Shown here piece by piece: positions 28,051 through 41,301 of a stretch of 64,000 bases of DNA. Source of the stretch: the human T2T-CHM13v2.0 reference genome, Homo sapiens; assembly GCF_009914755.1 (NCBI RefSeq), contig NC_060933.1, one strand, 5' to 3'. Each line of letters starts with the position of its first letter. Within the stretch, counting starts at the first letter, position 1. The notes beneath the pieces were generated by a model. It ran no database searches. It saw only the letters and a program-made list of their open reading frames with translations, and was not told where the DNA came from. The position numbers and the translations under genes are program-made.

Positions 28051-28830
28051 TCACTCAATGAGAATTTTGTAAGCATGTAAAAACAATATTCCCTAGTTTA
28101 CTAAAAACCAAAACAAAGCATTTGTTTAAGGAAATAACCACCAGAAAAACAACACAGTCTTGGAATTGCAACTCTTTTCACACATCTTGTTAGGAATTAT
28201 GTTTTAAAAGGTATGCATGTGAAAGGAAAAACTGATCACCTTTACCAGAATTACTGAAAATCCTATTTCTATATTATATATTTTGTTGGGGAGGTTTCCA
28301 CATCCGGAGGCTTGGAGACAAGGTTAAGTAAGCATCAACTTCATGAGAGTAAAAACAAATGTAATATGAGTTAAATACAGGACTTAGAAAATAGAAAAAC
28401 ATGAAGACCTTAAATGCTTCCACTGAAGAGAAAGATTTCTTAAAAGTTTTAAGAATCCCATGAGGATCTGATGGAAAAACCTATCTTAAGGACATTTTAT
28501 ATGCATACAAATTATAGTATTAAGTTGCAGGGGTTATACAAGTCCTCTAAAATTTATTCATGCACATCCAAATGTATACAGACTTGCAATATTAATTTAC
28601 TATGCTATCCATTAACCAAATGTGATTATTTAAATTTAACTAAAATTAAAATTTCAGTTCTTCCATCATCAGTCACATTCCAAATAATCAATGGCCACAC
28701 AGTTCTATTTAAGTTACATTTTTAAAATTATTTTTTGTTTTAGAAATAATCTCTCATAGTCCCAACACTGCTGATACACACTAAGCTTTCTTTCTGAATC
28801 TAAAATAAAAATTGAAATTTAATAAGAAGT

Positions 28831-29860
<1,030 letters not shown>

Positions 29861-30009
29861 CAAAAATTCAAATGAAGGTTGATGTCCAGTTTAATCAAAT
29901 ATGGAGTAAGAATAAGAGAATCTACACACATGCAAAACTCAAAGAAATATCATACATCCAATCCCCAGAATACAGTGCATAAAGTGCTGTACCAGTCGCA
30001 GTAAACCAA

Positions 30010-30188
30010 GAATAATTAAATGACATTTAAATGAAGTATGAACCAATTAAAATTACAAATTTAGTTCCTCTGTCACACTAACCATATTTCAAGTGTTCAA
30101 TAGCAACAGGATGCTAGTGGCTACCATACTGTACAGCATAAATATAGAGCCTGTCCATCACTGTGGAAAGTTCTGCTGAACAAGACTG
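30010..30188. mobile_element. MER3 hAT-Charlie element (a second MER3/MER33-like relic lies at ~28590-28705)
   Basis: 'ttagttcctctgtcacactaaccatatttcaagtgttcaatagc...ctagtggctaccata...ccatcactgtggaaagttctg'. Confidence 0.75.
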
Positions 30189-32299
30189 ACACAGACCTCA
30201 GAGAGTGCTTAACCTAGAAGAAGTGTGATCTTGATGAATGTGGGTGAATTGGGTGGGGAGAAATTCTGTTCGGATAAAGTGTAAATATGAGTATTTCGTA
30301 GTGAGCCTAAAGTTGATTTTTTTCAATTCTTCCAAATACTAATTCCATGAATATATAAAATTGACTTCAATGCAAAAATGACAACCAACAGTAGCATTGT
30401 ATTTTAGATGGTGTCTAGATTTTGGTTTTAAACAGACCCATGGTTGAAATCCATGTCTTCTGTTTTAAGCTGGGTGAAACTTTAGAGCAGGTTATTGACT
30501 TTTTCATTTGAAAAGTAGGAATAGTAGCACTTATCTGTCAGGGTCGTTTTATAAGATGGAAACAGAAGACCTGAAGCACTTATTTAACAAGTATATTTAA
30601 GATATGGTAGCAAATGTAAAGATACTTTTGACATGGAGTAGTCTCAGATTCCCTTTAGTATGTTTGATTGATTTTAATGATCAGTGTTGAATAATTTGTG
30701 TTATTTCTCCACTGCAACTTGATTATACTGAACGTGATTATATGCACTTATCATCTTTACACCCCTATTACCTAGAATACTGCATAGCACACATCAGTCT
30801 TTCAAAAAAAATTTGTTGAATGAATATGTGTTCAAGGCTACAGATTCAATAGAGACCAAATATAACCCAGGAATAAAACCCAGGACTCCCAAATCTGTGT
30901 GGTGATTCAGTTCAAAGTGCAATAGACAGAGAAGGAAAATGTCTTCATTTTCTATTTTGTGACATAATCTTTCTATCCTCAGAAGGTTTCACTTTTTGTT
31001 TTGTGACATAATCTTTCTGCACTCAATTTCCTTCTCTGTAAAATGAAGAACCGAGATTACATGATCCATCAGCACTTCAGCTGATTCTCTGACTCTTGGC
31101 TTTTAATATTAATATCTCCCCCACTTATACTATAGCATATCCCACAGGATATAGGATAATAAAATCCTCTGGCTTATAAATAAGTATGTATTTTATGTTT
31201 CAGAGGTCAATTAATGCCACAGAATGCCTTTAATTGTATTACTGCTCTTATTTATTTTTGTTTAAAGAAGGAATATTTAAGGCTACATTTGTAAGTAATG
31301 AAAGAAAGTATAATACTTGCAAAACATAAACTGATAACATTAATTGAGGAGTGAAACATATTCCATTATCTCTTTTGTATTTACTGCTCTATCTCATTAT
31401 GAATCCTTTCATCCTATATGTGAGACATCCATATCCAAGAACCTGAAGATGATGGTCTGTCTTGAGATATAAATCACTCTGCCAAGTGTTCTTTTTACCT
31501 ATGTACTATGACCACTTCTCTGAACTCAAATAGAAACATCTAGTGAGTATTCAGTTCTTCTTCAACGTAATGGAGGGTTTCTTATAATGTAATGAAATGT
31601 TCGTTAACTTTTTTTTTTTTTTGCTGCCTGTATGTTCAGTGTCTATAATCAGCACAATTAGAAGTAACAAAAGCTCTTTGAGAAAACTGTTCTGTATGTT
31701 TGTCTGTTTTGTTAAGGGAAGAGCAGCAATATAATAATAAAAGTTGAAAGTTACTGAAGCATTTTAGTTCATGCATCTATTTGAAATACAAATGATCCAA
31801 AACTTTAATAATAGAAACATCTTGAAATCCTGAATAATTATTTTATTATATTGATATCACATAAATATGAGTACATGAATGTACTTTCAGAAAGTTAATA
31901 CGTCATTAAATTTATTTTCCATATATTTATAGAAAACTGTAATGTTAATTGTAATGTGCCATGCAAACAAGTATTATTTCACTGACTCAAATTTTCTACA
32001 TGCATAGAATAGTCCAAATGACACAGCACAATGAGTCAGAAAGCCTGTACTGCAGTTCCATTTCTGAGCCACCTTTCAGTCATGTGACTATAAGCACATT
32101 GGAGACTTAGAGTCAAGATTTGCTCAGATACTTGATTTATATCATGCTTTGTAAAATGATTTGTAGAAAAAAAGCAAAAGCCATATATAGATACCCAGCC
32201 ATGATTGTTGTAACTATATTTAAAGTATGTAGTTAATATATAAGATTCACATTTAAAAAAATTATAGAAATGATGAGACATTAAGGCCTAATAAGGAAG

Positions 32300-32830
32300 T
32301 GAGGCTACTACAGAGCCTAGACATAATCTGTGGGAATGCCTATCCTTCAAATATTCCCTAGGGCATGATATCTGTGTAATTCCCCACTTGTCATGGAAAA
32401 TTGCTCTGAATACCAGAAACATGCTAGGACAAATACAGCATTCCTGACTGTCAGCAGTGGTTTTCCTGGGTTTGGTCACATGACTCAAATTGAGCCAATA
32501 AGAACTCTTCCTTATGATTTGTTAAAATCCAGCTGGCAGAAAGGAATCCTTTCCTTTTGAAGTTAAAGTTATGAAGGTGTAAGTTCTAATGTGCCATTCA
32601 TCATGGATTCAGGTCAGGAAAATAGCCAGAAGGAAGAAATGAGAAAAAAAGAGACAGAAAACTATCCAGCCATATGTACACTTGTGACACAGGCACAGAT
32701 GTGTACCCCAACAGTCCTAAGACTCAAATCATATTTCTCATTATTTGAGTATGGAAACCAGTGTTTCCCTCTTAATATTTTAGCTAATCCTACCTGACTT
32801 TCCAACTTTTATCATAAATATTACTAATGA
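32300..32830 (+). mobile_element. Ancient ERVL LTR (LTR16/LTR33-like)
   Basis: Core 'ggtcacatgactcaaattgagccaataagaactcttcc'; boundaries are approximate. Confidence 0.45.
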
Positions 32831-33282
32831 ATTAGTTACATTATTTAAAATATATTTATTTCAATGTAGAAATTCAATTTCAAAAATTATGCTTAAATAC
32901 CCTGTCATTGAAACACTGTTGTTGTTGTTGTTTTGTTGTTATCATCGTTATTTTTTTTTATCTTTTAAATTTTGGAGGAGGTGTGCAGACTTTTGCTTTA
33001 CGTGTCTAAATGGTTGTATAAATAAGATGTTTTGCTTTTGAACAAATTTTGATGTTGAGTAAAACAATTTTTGAAGTAACTGTATTATATCATATATAGA
33101 GTGACATAATTATTTATTTATTTATCTATTTATAAAATAGCATTGGTTTTGTGGTATGTTTAAAGAGACATGTCCTGTGTAAATAAGATCTATAAAATTA
33201 TGTTTGATAGAAAAGACATACTCTACAGCCCACTTATTTTGAAACATCATCTGTGCCAGTTGTTTCCCCTACCTACATCCTC

Positions 33283-33448
33283 TTTTTTTCTCTCTCTCTT
33301 TTGAGAAAGGATCTTGCTCTGTTACACAGACTGGAGAGCACTGGTGCGATCATGGCTTACTGCAGCCTCTGGGGCTCAAGTAATCCTCCCACCTCAGCCT
33401 CCCGAGTGCTGGGACTACTCGGGAGTGTGCACCACCACACTAGGCTAT

Positions 33449-33502
<54 letters not shown>

Positions 33503-33620
33503 AGACATAGGGGTTTCCCTGTTCTGCCTAGGCTTGTCTGGAATTCCTGGGCTAAAGTGATCCTCCCACCTCAGCCTCCCAAATTGCTGGGATTACAGGC
33601 ACGAGCTGCTGAGTCCAGCC
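33283..33620 (-). mobile_element. AluJ with the middle linker expanded to T51
   Basis: J features ('gatcatggct', 'gggctcaagtaatcctcccacctc'); uninterrupted T run at 33451-33501. Confidence 0.93.
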
Positions 33621-33649
33621 TCATATCCGAATTTTAAAATAGACGAAAC

Positions 33650-34131
33650 CGTTTTCCAGTGAACTATATTTTCCCTGATTTCTTCGTAACTGACTTCTTT
33701 TAAATTTTGGCAGTAGGAGGCACTGAAGGAACTAAGAAGGTTGATTAAAAGAAAAAAAAAAAAGAAATTTTCTGCTTCTGTTTCTAGCAGTATGATAGTT
33801 CCTGGAAGTGGCCATATTAGCTGGGCTAAAGTGATTCTTTCCAAGGGCAGATAGCCTAAGAAGAGCTATATCCTTTAGAGCATTTCTAGCCTCAATGGAG
33901 GCAACATCCCTGTTGAATCCATGGCTAACTGCAAGACTAATAGCACAAAATTGGGTGCAGACTCAGGGGCTCACCAATATTACTTTTGATTCCCAAATTC
34001 ACTCTTATCTACCTTTTGCTGTTCTAGCCTTTCAAACTCTTATGACTAATTTACTGTATTAACTACCTGCCCCTTCTCATTTGAAACACCTAGAATAGTT
34101 TTCCTTTTAATGAATAGACCATAATGAATAC
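33650..34131 (+). mobile_element. Ancient ERVL LTR (LTR40/LTR41-like)
   Basis: 3' end 'tttgaaacacctagaatagttttcc...aatgaatac'. Confidence 0.45.
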
Positions 34132-35189
34132 TTACACAGCATTCTTTTTCATTTTATTTTTGGATATAGTCCTGAGAAAGTTTTACATGCTATTCAGTTA
34201 ATTAATAACCTGTCTAACTTCATCTTCTCTCTTTCATAAATAACCAGTTGACTATATTAGGGCATGAAGTCCAACAATGATGGCTTGGCTAAATTTGAAA
34301 CTTTCTAGGCCTCTAATTTTCTAATCAATTACATGAAGGAATTCCTAATGTAGCATATTTTTTATAAGCCATGTATTGCTCATCATTTGCCTACAGACAC
34401 TGTGATATACATAATAAATTTGATTTCTCAAAGATTACACTTAAAATATACAGGAATATATATATATAAATGTAGGCACGTATTTCTATTTAAAGACATA
34501 TTTCACCAAAAGACCCTATCATCTGCCAAATCATTCAAACAGAAACTTAAAATTATTCATAAATTAGATTATGAAAATAAAATTTTAAGTAATCTCCCTC
34601 ATGCTCAACTTCATCATTTTAATGCTCTTTTTCTACTGTATAAATATTCCTTGGTGGTTCATAATTGCCTTTAAGATTTATCTGTATAATTGAACAATTA
34701 TTTTTGTAGCAAAAATTATGGACCAAGCATAATGTATTAAGAATGCTGAATTAGACACAATCTTGACTTTATACAGTTTATGATCTGGTAAAGGAAATTG
34801 ACTTTCAGAAAAACAGCCCAACAAATAATTTAGGAGATTGTGTTTATAGTAAGTACTGCAAAATTTTAAAATGCTGTTACGGAACTGTATAAATTTTTAA
34901 ACACACACAAACACACCCCTTTGGATAATGTATAACAACATCAGCAGTAACCAGGCTTCCTTTCTTACCAATCCCTAACTTATACCCAGTATAGCAACCT
35001 AGCTTACTATAGCCCTAAGTTTTCTCAGACGTCATCTTACTCTTTTACTTATCTGAGCCTTTGCAAATTCCATTTCTTAACTCTGGCACACATTTACTTC
35101 ATCACTTTTTCCTTGTTAATATACAGAAAAATACAATACATATACATGCACACACCCACACACACACAGTATGTATAATACATATAAAT

Positions 35190-36250
35190 GTTCAAGCCCC
35201 TCCTTTTTCTCTAAGGTTAACCACTAATTTGACTTTTACTTCATCATTCTTCTGCTTTTCTTCATAATTTTGCTTCCTATTTACATCCTTAACATTATGG
35301 TATAAGGTTGTCTATTTTTGAGTTTTATGTTAATGGAAACATACTACATGTATTGTCTTTCATGTCTTTTATTCAATATCATGTAGAATTCATCAATTTT
35401 GTTGGGAGTCACGGTAATTTGATAAATTTCTTTGCTCAGGTACTCATCACATTAATTTGTCACTATTTAACAATTCAACCTTTGTGAGCACTTGTGCCTT
35501 TCCAGGTTTTTAAGATGATGAACAATGCTTCTGTATATATTCATATATGTATATTTTTTGGTGTCTATTTAAAAGTTTTTAAATTTCTATCTAGAATTTG
35601 CTGGATTGTAGGGTGTGTATATTGTCAGCTTTTCTATAGAATGTCTTAGTATTTTACAAAAAGGATGTGCCAATTTACAACTGCAGTGTATGAAAATTCC
35701 CAATTGTTTTACAGTCTTAGTAATATTTAGTATTGTTAGACTTAAAAAATTTGCAACTAACCTGGAATGTAATTTTTAAAACTTAAGTAGATTTTCATAT
35801 GATAACTGGTTATTTCGATTTCCTCTTTGTGAAATGCCTAAGGTGGTTGTTTTTCTGATTTGTAGGAGTTCTATGTTCTGTATATTAGTTAATTAGCTGT
35901 CTGTTACACATATTGGAAATATGTTTTCTCATTCAGTGTCTTTTCTTTTCACTCTCATTATGGTATTTTCTGGACAGAAGTTCTTAGTTTTAATGCAACT
36001 GAAGTCAGCTTCTTCTCCTTCATGGTTTGCGTTTTTTTGCGACTTAAGAAATTTTCCCTTACCTTGAGTCATGAAGATACTCTCATAGCATCTTCCAAGT
36101 TTTTAAGTAACTTCTTTAGGTATCTTCCAGGAACTGATTTGAATGTGGAATGAGTAGGGTTCAAAATCATTCTCTCCCTTATCCTCATAGGAATAGTCTG
36201 TTTATCCAGCACTATTAAAACATTTCTTTTCATTTTCACATGACTACCTC
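35190..36250 (-). mobile_element. Ancient L1ME-type fragment
   Basis: Antisense L1M motifs ('aatggaaacatactacatgtatt', 'gaatttgctggattgtagggt', 'gccaatttaca', 'acagaagttcttagttttaatg'). Confidence 0.6.
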
Positions 36251-37224
36251 TCACTCAATATTTAGGATTCTGTTAAAATGTTTTATTTACTCTATAAATA
36301 CTTCTGTGAAACTCCCTCTTTCCTTCCTGAGCAATCCCTATGGTACGTGACTCTCCACCCATGTGCTTACATAGTATGTTTGCTTTTCTCTCTCCTAGTA
36401 TTTAGTAATTAGTGTTGTGAGAGCCTACATATTGTCTCTCTCAGTGAACTACCAGTGCCTTTAAGAACAGAGATACACTAAGTAATCTTTATATTTCATA
36501 TACCTAGAACCATTTTTAGAATAAATGATATGACAATCCAGACTTCACTAAATCTTAATTTACTGTGGTCACAAAATGAAAATGAAATACTTCTTAATGT
36601 GTTTCAAGGAAAAAATCTATCACATATTCATAATAATACAAATTTCAATTTTTGAGACTATTATTAGGTAAATACTATAGCTTTTCTGCAAAAAATAATT
36701 AGAATATAAAACTTCTATTTCCTTAAGTGATAAGTTTTCAATTGTAATTTTATAGTATATTATCTGTAACCAGTTTCCAAAGAACACCACCATAATGTGA
36801 CCTTATTTTGAAAGACAATCTGAAGCAGGTCAGGTTGTATTAGAGTGGGTGCTTATAGCCCTACCCTTTTGTTTTTCCTTGATATCCATGAGTTGGTCTC
36901 TAAAGTTATTTTAGAATCTGATAGTCAAATGGAATAAACTGTAAAAATCATGACTCTCTGTAACAGTAAATACAAACTTTTAAATACACATTGTTTTAAA
37001 AAAACCTTTGGTTTTTCTACTACCAAATAATTATTTGTCTCTGAATTTTTGTCTATATATATACATATATATTTAGTGTTCAGTATTTAACCTTCTAATT
37101 ATGTATGTATATAGTTTAGAATTCAGGTGTCACCAGTTAAACCATTGCATTAATTTTCATTAAATTATTGGAAACAATCAATATGATTTTTGCATTTTTT
37201 TGTCTTAATAATATATCATTGTTT

Positions 37225-38584
37225 TATTTTTTATTTTTTTATTTTTTATTTTATTTATTTGTTATTTTTTAAAATTTTATTATTATTATCCTTTAAGTTT
37301 TAGGGTACACTTGCACAACGTGCAGGTTTGTTACATATGTATACATGTGCCATGTTGGTGTGCTGCACCCATTAACTCGTCATTTAGCATTAGGTATATC
37401 TCCTAATGCTACCCCTCCCCCCTCCCCCCAGCCCACAACAGTCCCCAGTGTGTGATGTTCCCCTTCCTGTGTCCATGTGTTCTCATTGTTCAATTCCCAC
37501 CTATGAGTGAGAACATGCGGTGTTTGGTTTTTTGTCCTTGTGATAGTTTGCCAAGAATGATGGTTTCCAGCTTCATCCATGTCCCTGCAAAGGACACGAA
37601 CTCATCATTTTTTATGGCTGCATAGTATTCCATGGTGTATATGTGCCACATTTTCTTAATCCAGTCTATCATTGTTGGACATTTGGGTTGGTTCCAAGTC
37701 TTTGCTATTGTGAATAGTGCCGCAATAAACATACGTGTGCATGTGTCTTCATAGCAGCATGATTTATAATCCTTTGGGTATATACCCAGTAATGGGATGG
37801 CTGGGTCAAATGGTATTTCTAGTTCTAGATCCCCGAGGAATCGCCCCACTGACTTCCACAATGGTTGAACTAGTTTACAGTCCCACCAACAGTGTAAAAG
37901 TGTTCCTATTTCTAATAATGCCACATATCTACAACTATCTGATTGTTGACAAACCTGACAAAAACAAGAAATGGGGAAAGGATTCCCTATTTAATAAATG
38001 GTGCTGGGAAAACTGGCTAGCCATATGTAGAAAGCTAAAACTGGATCCCTTCCTTACACTTTATACAAAAATTAATTCAAGACGGATTAAAGACTTAAAC
38101 GTTAGACCTAAAACCATAAAATCCCCAGAAGAAAACCTAGGCAATACCATGCAGGACATACGCTTGGGCAAGGACTTCATGTCTAAAACACCAAAAGCAA
38201 TGGCAACAAAAGCCAAAATTGACAAATGGGATCTAATTAAACTAAAGAGCTTCTGCACAGCAAAAGAAACTACCATCAGAGTGAACAGGCAACCTACAGA
38301 ATGGGAGAAAATTTTTACAACCTACTCACCTGACAAAGGGCTAATATCCAGAATCTACCATGAACTCAAACAAATTTACAAGAAAAAAACAAAAACCCAT
38401 CAAAAAATGGGCGAAGGATATGAACAGACACTTCTAAAAAGAAGACATTTATGCAGCCAAAAAACACATGAAAAAATGCTCATCATCACTGGCCATCAGA
38501 GAAATGCAAATCAAAACCACAGTGAGATACCATTTCACACCAGTTAGAATGGCGATGATTAAAAAGTCAGGTAACAACAGGTGC
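37225..38584 (-). mobile_element. L1PA4-like insertion with 5' inversion (twin priming)
   Basis: 37225-37913 is the antisense 3' end with poly-T; 37914-38584 is sense ORF2; TSD at(c/t)attgttt at 37215-37224 and 38585-38594. Confidence 0.95.
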
Positions 38585-38811
38585 ATTATTGTTTAGAGTA
38601 AGACTTTACTCTTATCTCCAGAAGGCTCACAGCCAAAGTAGTGCTCAATTTTAAAACCTACACCAGTATTCCCGGTTAACATATCTATTTCTTCTCCCTT
38701 TCATGACCTGGTTTTCTGAATTTTTAAATTATTATTTTAATAACTTATTGGAATACATTCTCTTTAATCTGAGTTACTAAAATTCATCCTGTATACTTGT
38801 GTATATGCATG

Positions 38812-38844
<33 letters not shown>

Positions 38845-38855
38845 ATATATATATA
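38812..38855. repeat. Compound (TC)n(TG)n(TA)n microsatellite
   Basis: Seen directly. Confidence 0.9.
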
Positions 38856-40226
38856 CAGGCTTTTTACCTCCATTGAGTAGATACTATACAAATATATTGT
38901 AAATTAGGGTTGATAAATTATTAGGATTAATTTCATAGCTATGTAATTCATTATAACATTTTCTCTATAATCCACTTTTTCTTAATTTTCTGTTAGATTC
39001 AATCACACATATTTCTCCAAAGTGAGACAATTATTGAATTGCATTTTATTCAATCATGTGACCACAATTCAATAGGTAAATTATATTTTGGTGTGCTTTA
39101 CCTCGAGTAAATTAAAATAATGCATATAACTAATGAGCTTGGTATATTTGTGGATGTAAAGAAAAATATTTTCCAAATAGTAAATACTGCAAAGTGACAC
39201 AGTAGTTCTAGTGTTACTCATTAGATATACTCAATGTCTTGCTCTGAATGTGTTTTTTATGATATATAATATGTCTATAAAATAAGCCAACCTTAACCTA
39301 TTACTTATATATACTAAACAGGTCATTTTCGTATAAAACTATGATCTTTGTCAAATGTATAAAGTGTAAAATTATTAACTTATATTCTTGGATTTTCTAA
39401 AAAATAAAAAAAAGAATCTTAAGGAGACTGTTCATGGGTCTCTCTCACCCATCTTTCTCCTTCACAAATCACTGGACTTTATGTAATCTGTTTTTGCATT
39501 TGTTATCCATACTCTCCATTTTGATAAATTAGAATATCCAAGGATATCCATCTTGTTTGACCATTCAAGTAATAATACATTATCAGACTAAACTCATTAA
39601 GAAGTCCAAAGGATATTACCACCTGGCTACTGCAAGAAAGTGGCCCAAAGGTCACAAATGATTATGGGGAGCTGAAATTGCCAAACAAGATTAGACATAT
39701 CAGGAGTGTGTTCTCTCTCTCAATTCTAAAATAAGGCAACATAATTACTACAAAAAGATATTGAAAGGACAGATATTGATGAACACATATAGTATGAGCG
39801 GAAGAATAGAACAAACCTTATGTAAATTGGAATTCTGAAGAACTTAGATCAGGTTCTGGAAAAATGCACACACATACACACACACACACACATTCTCACA
39901 CACAGTGGGATGGGAACCTTATTATTTTATTCCATGGCCTGGCCCAGCTTTCTCCAGCATTTTGCTAGTCAGGACCATCTACCCATTCAACTCCCTCCTT
40001 TGCCTGAAAATTTACAAATGCGATTTTCCCAAATCTAGGACATTTATATGGTTACACTACACTGGAGATTAAGGGTCACTCTGTCTTCAAGCCTGGAGCT
40101 CAGGCTTCAAGTGCTCTATTGGCTTACTATCTCCTATGTCGTCAGTATTACTGGAGGCACTCCCAGTTGCAAACAAGGTGAGTCTTCTTTTTTTTTTTTT
40201 GTACAGGGTTACTATTCTTTCCATAT

Positions 40227-40379
40227 ATGGCTCCTTTACTCCAGAGCATTTTAGGCGATAGAAATGAAGGCCTCAAACCCATAACAGTGTGCAGCAGAAT
40301 ATACCAGAAGGTCATGCTGCTGGTTTTTGTGGCATTTCCATTAATCTTCCTTACTATTTTATGCATATTTGCATTATAG
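40227..40379 (+). CDS. Hypothetical 50-aa small ORF with a C-terminal hydrophobic segment (unvalidated)
   Basis: Hand translation MAPLLQSILGDRNEGLKPITVCSRIYQKVMLLVFVAFPLIFLTILCIFAL*, starting 20 nt after a strong acceptor (T-run...gtacag|, 40206). No homology recognised. Confidence 0.12.
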   Translation: MAPLLQSILGDRNEGLKPITVCSRIYQKVMLLVFVAFPLIFLTILCIFAL

Positions 40380-40764
40380 TGAAGTATTTTTTAAAATATG
40401 AATGGCATTATATATGACATGCAGCATATTTTGTTTTTTTAAGAATATAAACTAGTTAAAATATATGAGGTTAATTATTGACTGCAGTTTTTAAATCTGA
40501 TTTTTCTTATGTGAAAACACTATCAGATCATACTTGGGTTTCAGTAGATACGAAGAAAATTAATTTAGAAAAATTTACTTGACTTTGTTAAAGTTAATTA
40601 AAAACTGATACCACAGCCCTCTGACATTTACATTATACCTATCTTTAGTATACAAATATTTTCAGGACACTTTGGTATTTCTTTATGAGTAGAGGATAAT
40701 ACCTTTATTTCATGTGTTGTCATCAGATATCATAAATGCTGTGTTAAATTTTAATGGTTTCCAT

Positions 40765-40950
40765 GATATAGTAAAGAAACTAGCTTTCGGAATGAGACAG
40801 GCCTTGATTTAAATCCAGGTTCCCTTACTTATTGGATGACAGACCTTGGAACTGTATTGTTTTCTGTGAACCTCAGTTCCCTCATCTGTAAAGTGGTCAT
40901 GACCACCATCAAGGAATGTTACTATAAAACTGTGTATGTAAAATGCCAAT
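40765..40950 (+). mobile_element. MIR SINE
   Basis: 'aaatccaggttcc...gaccttgg...tctgtgaacctcagttccctcatctgtaaagtgg' is the MIR core. Confidence 0.75.
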
Positions 40951-40958
40951 ATATAAAA

Positions 40959-41301
40959 CAGTGGTCCCCAAACCGTTTTCAGCACCAGGGACCACTTTCA
41001 TGGAAGACAGTTTTTCCGGGACTGGGGCAGGGGGATGGATTCCAGATGAAATTGTTCCACCTCAGATCATCAGGCACTAGATTCTCATAAGGAACAGGCG
41101 ACCTAGATCTCTCACATGAGCAGTTCACAATAGGGTTCATGCTCCTGTGAGAATTGAATGCCGCTGCTGATCTGAAAGGAGGCGGAGCTCAGGCAGTAAG
41201 GCTTGCTCGCCCACTACTCACCTCCTGCTGAGAGGCCCCATTCCTAACAGGTCACAGAACAGACCAGTACCAGTCTGCTGCCCAGGGGTTGGGGACACCT
41301 G
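40959..41301 (+). mobile_element. MER1B hAT-Charlie DNA transposon, full length
   Basis: Terminal inverted repeats cagtggtcccca / ggttggggacacctg; internal 'tagattctcataagga' and 'gcagttcacaataggg'; 8-bp TSD atataaaa/atataaga. Confidence 0.95.

Noticed and set aside
30955-31018. 20-bp direct repeat with a 44-bp period (also a ~26-bp doublet near 16480-16535)
   Set aside because: These are ordinary two-copy slippage duplications with no further structure.
37735-38547. Longest ORF (270 aa) as a gene
   Set aside because: It is a chimera of antisense L1 and ORF2 across an inversion junction, and it frameshifts out of ORF2 near its end.
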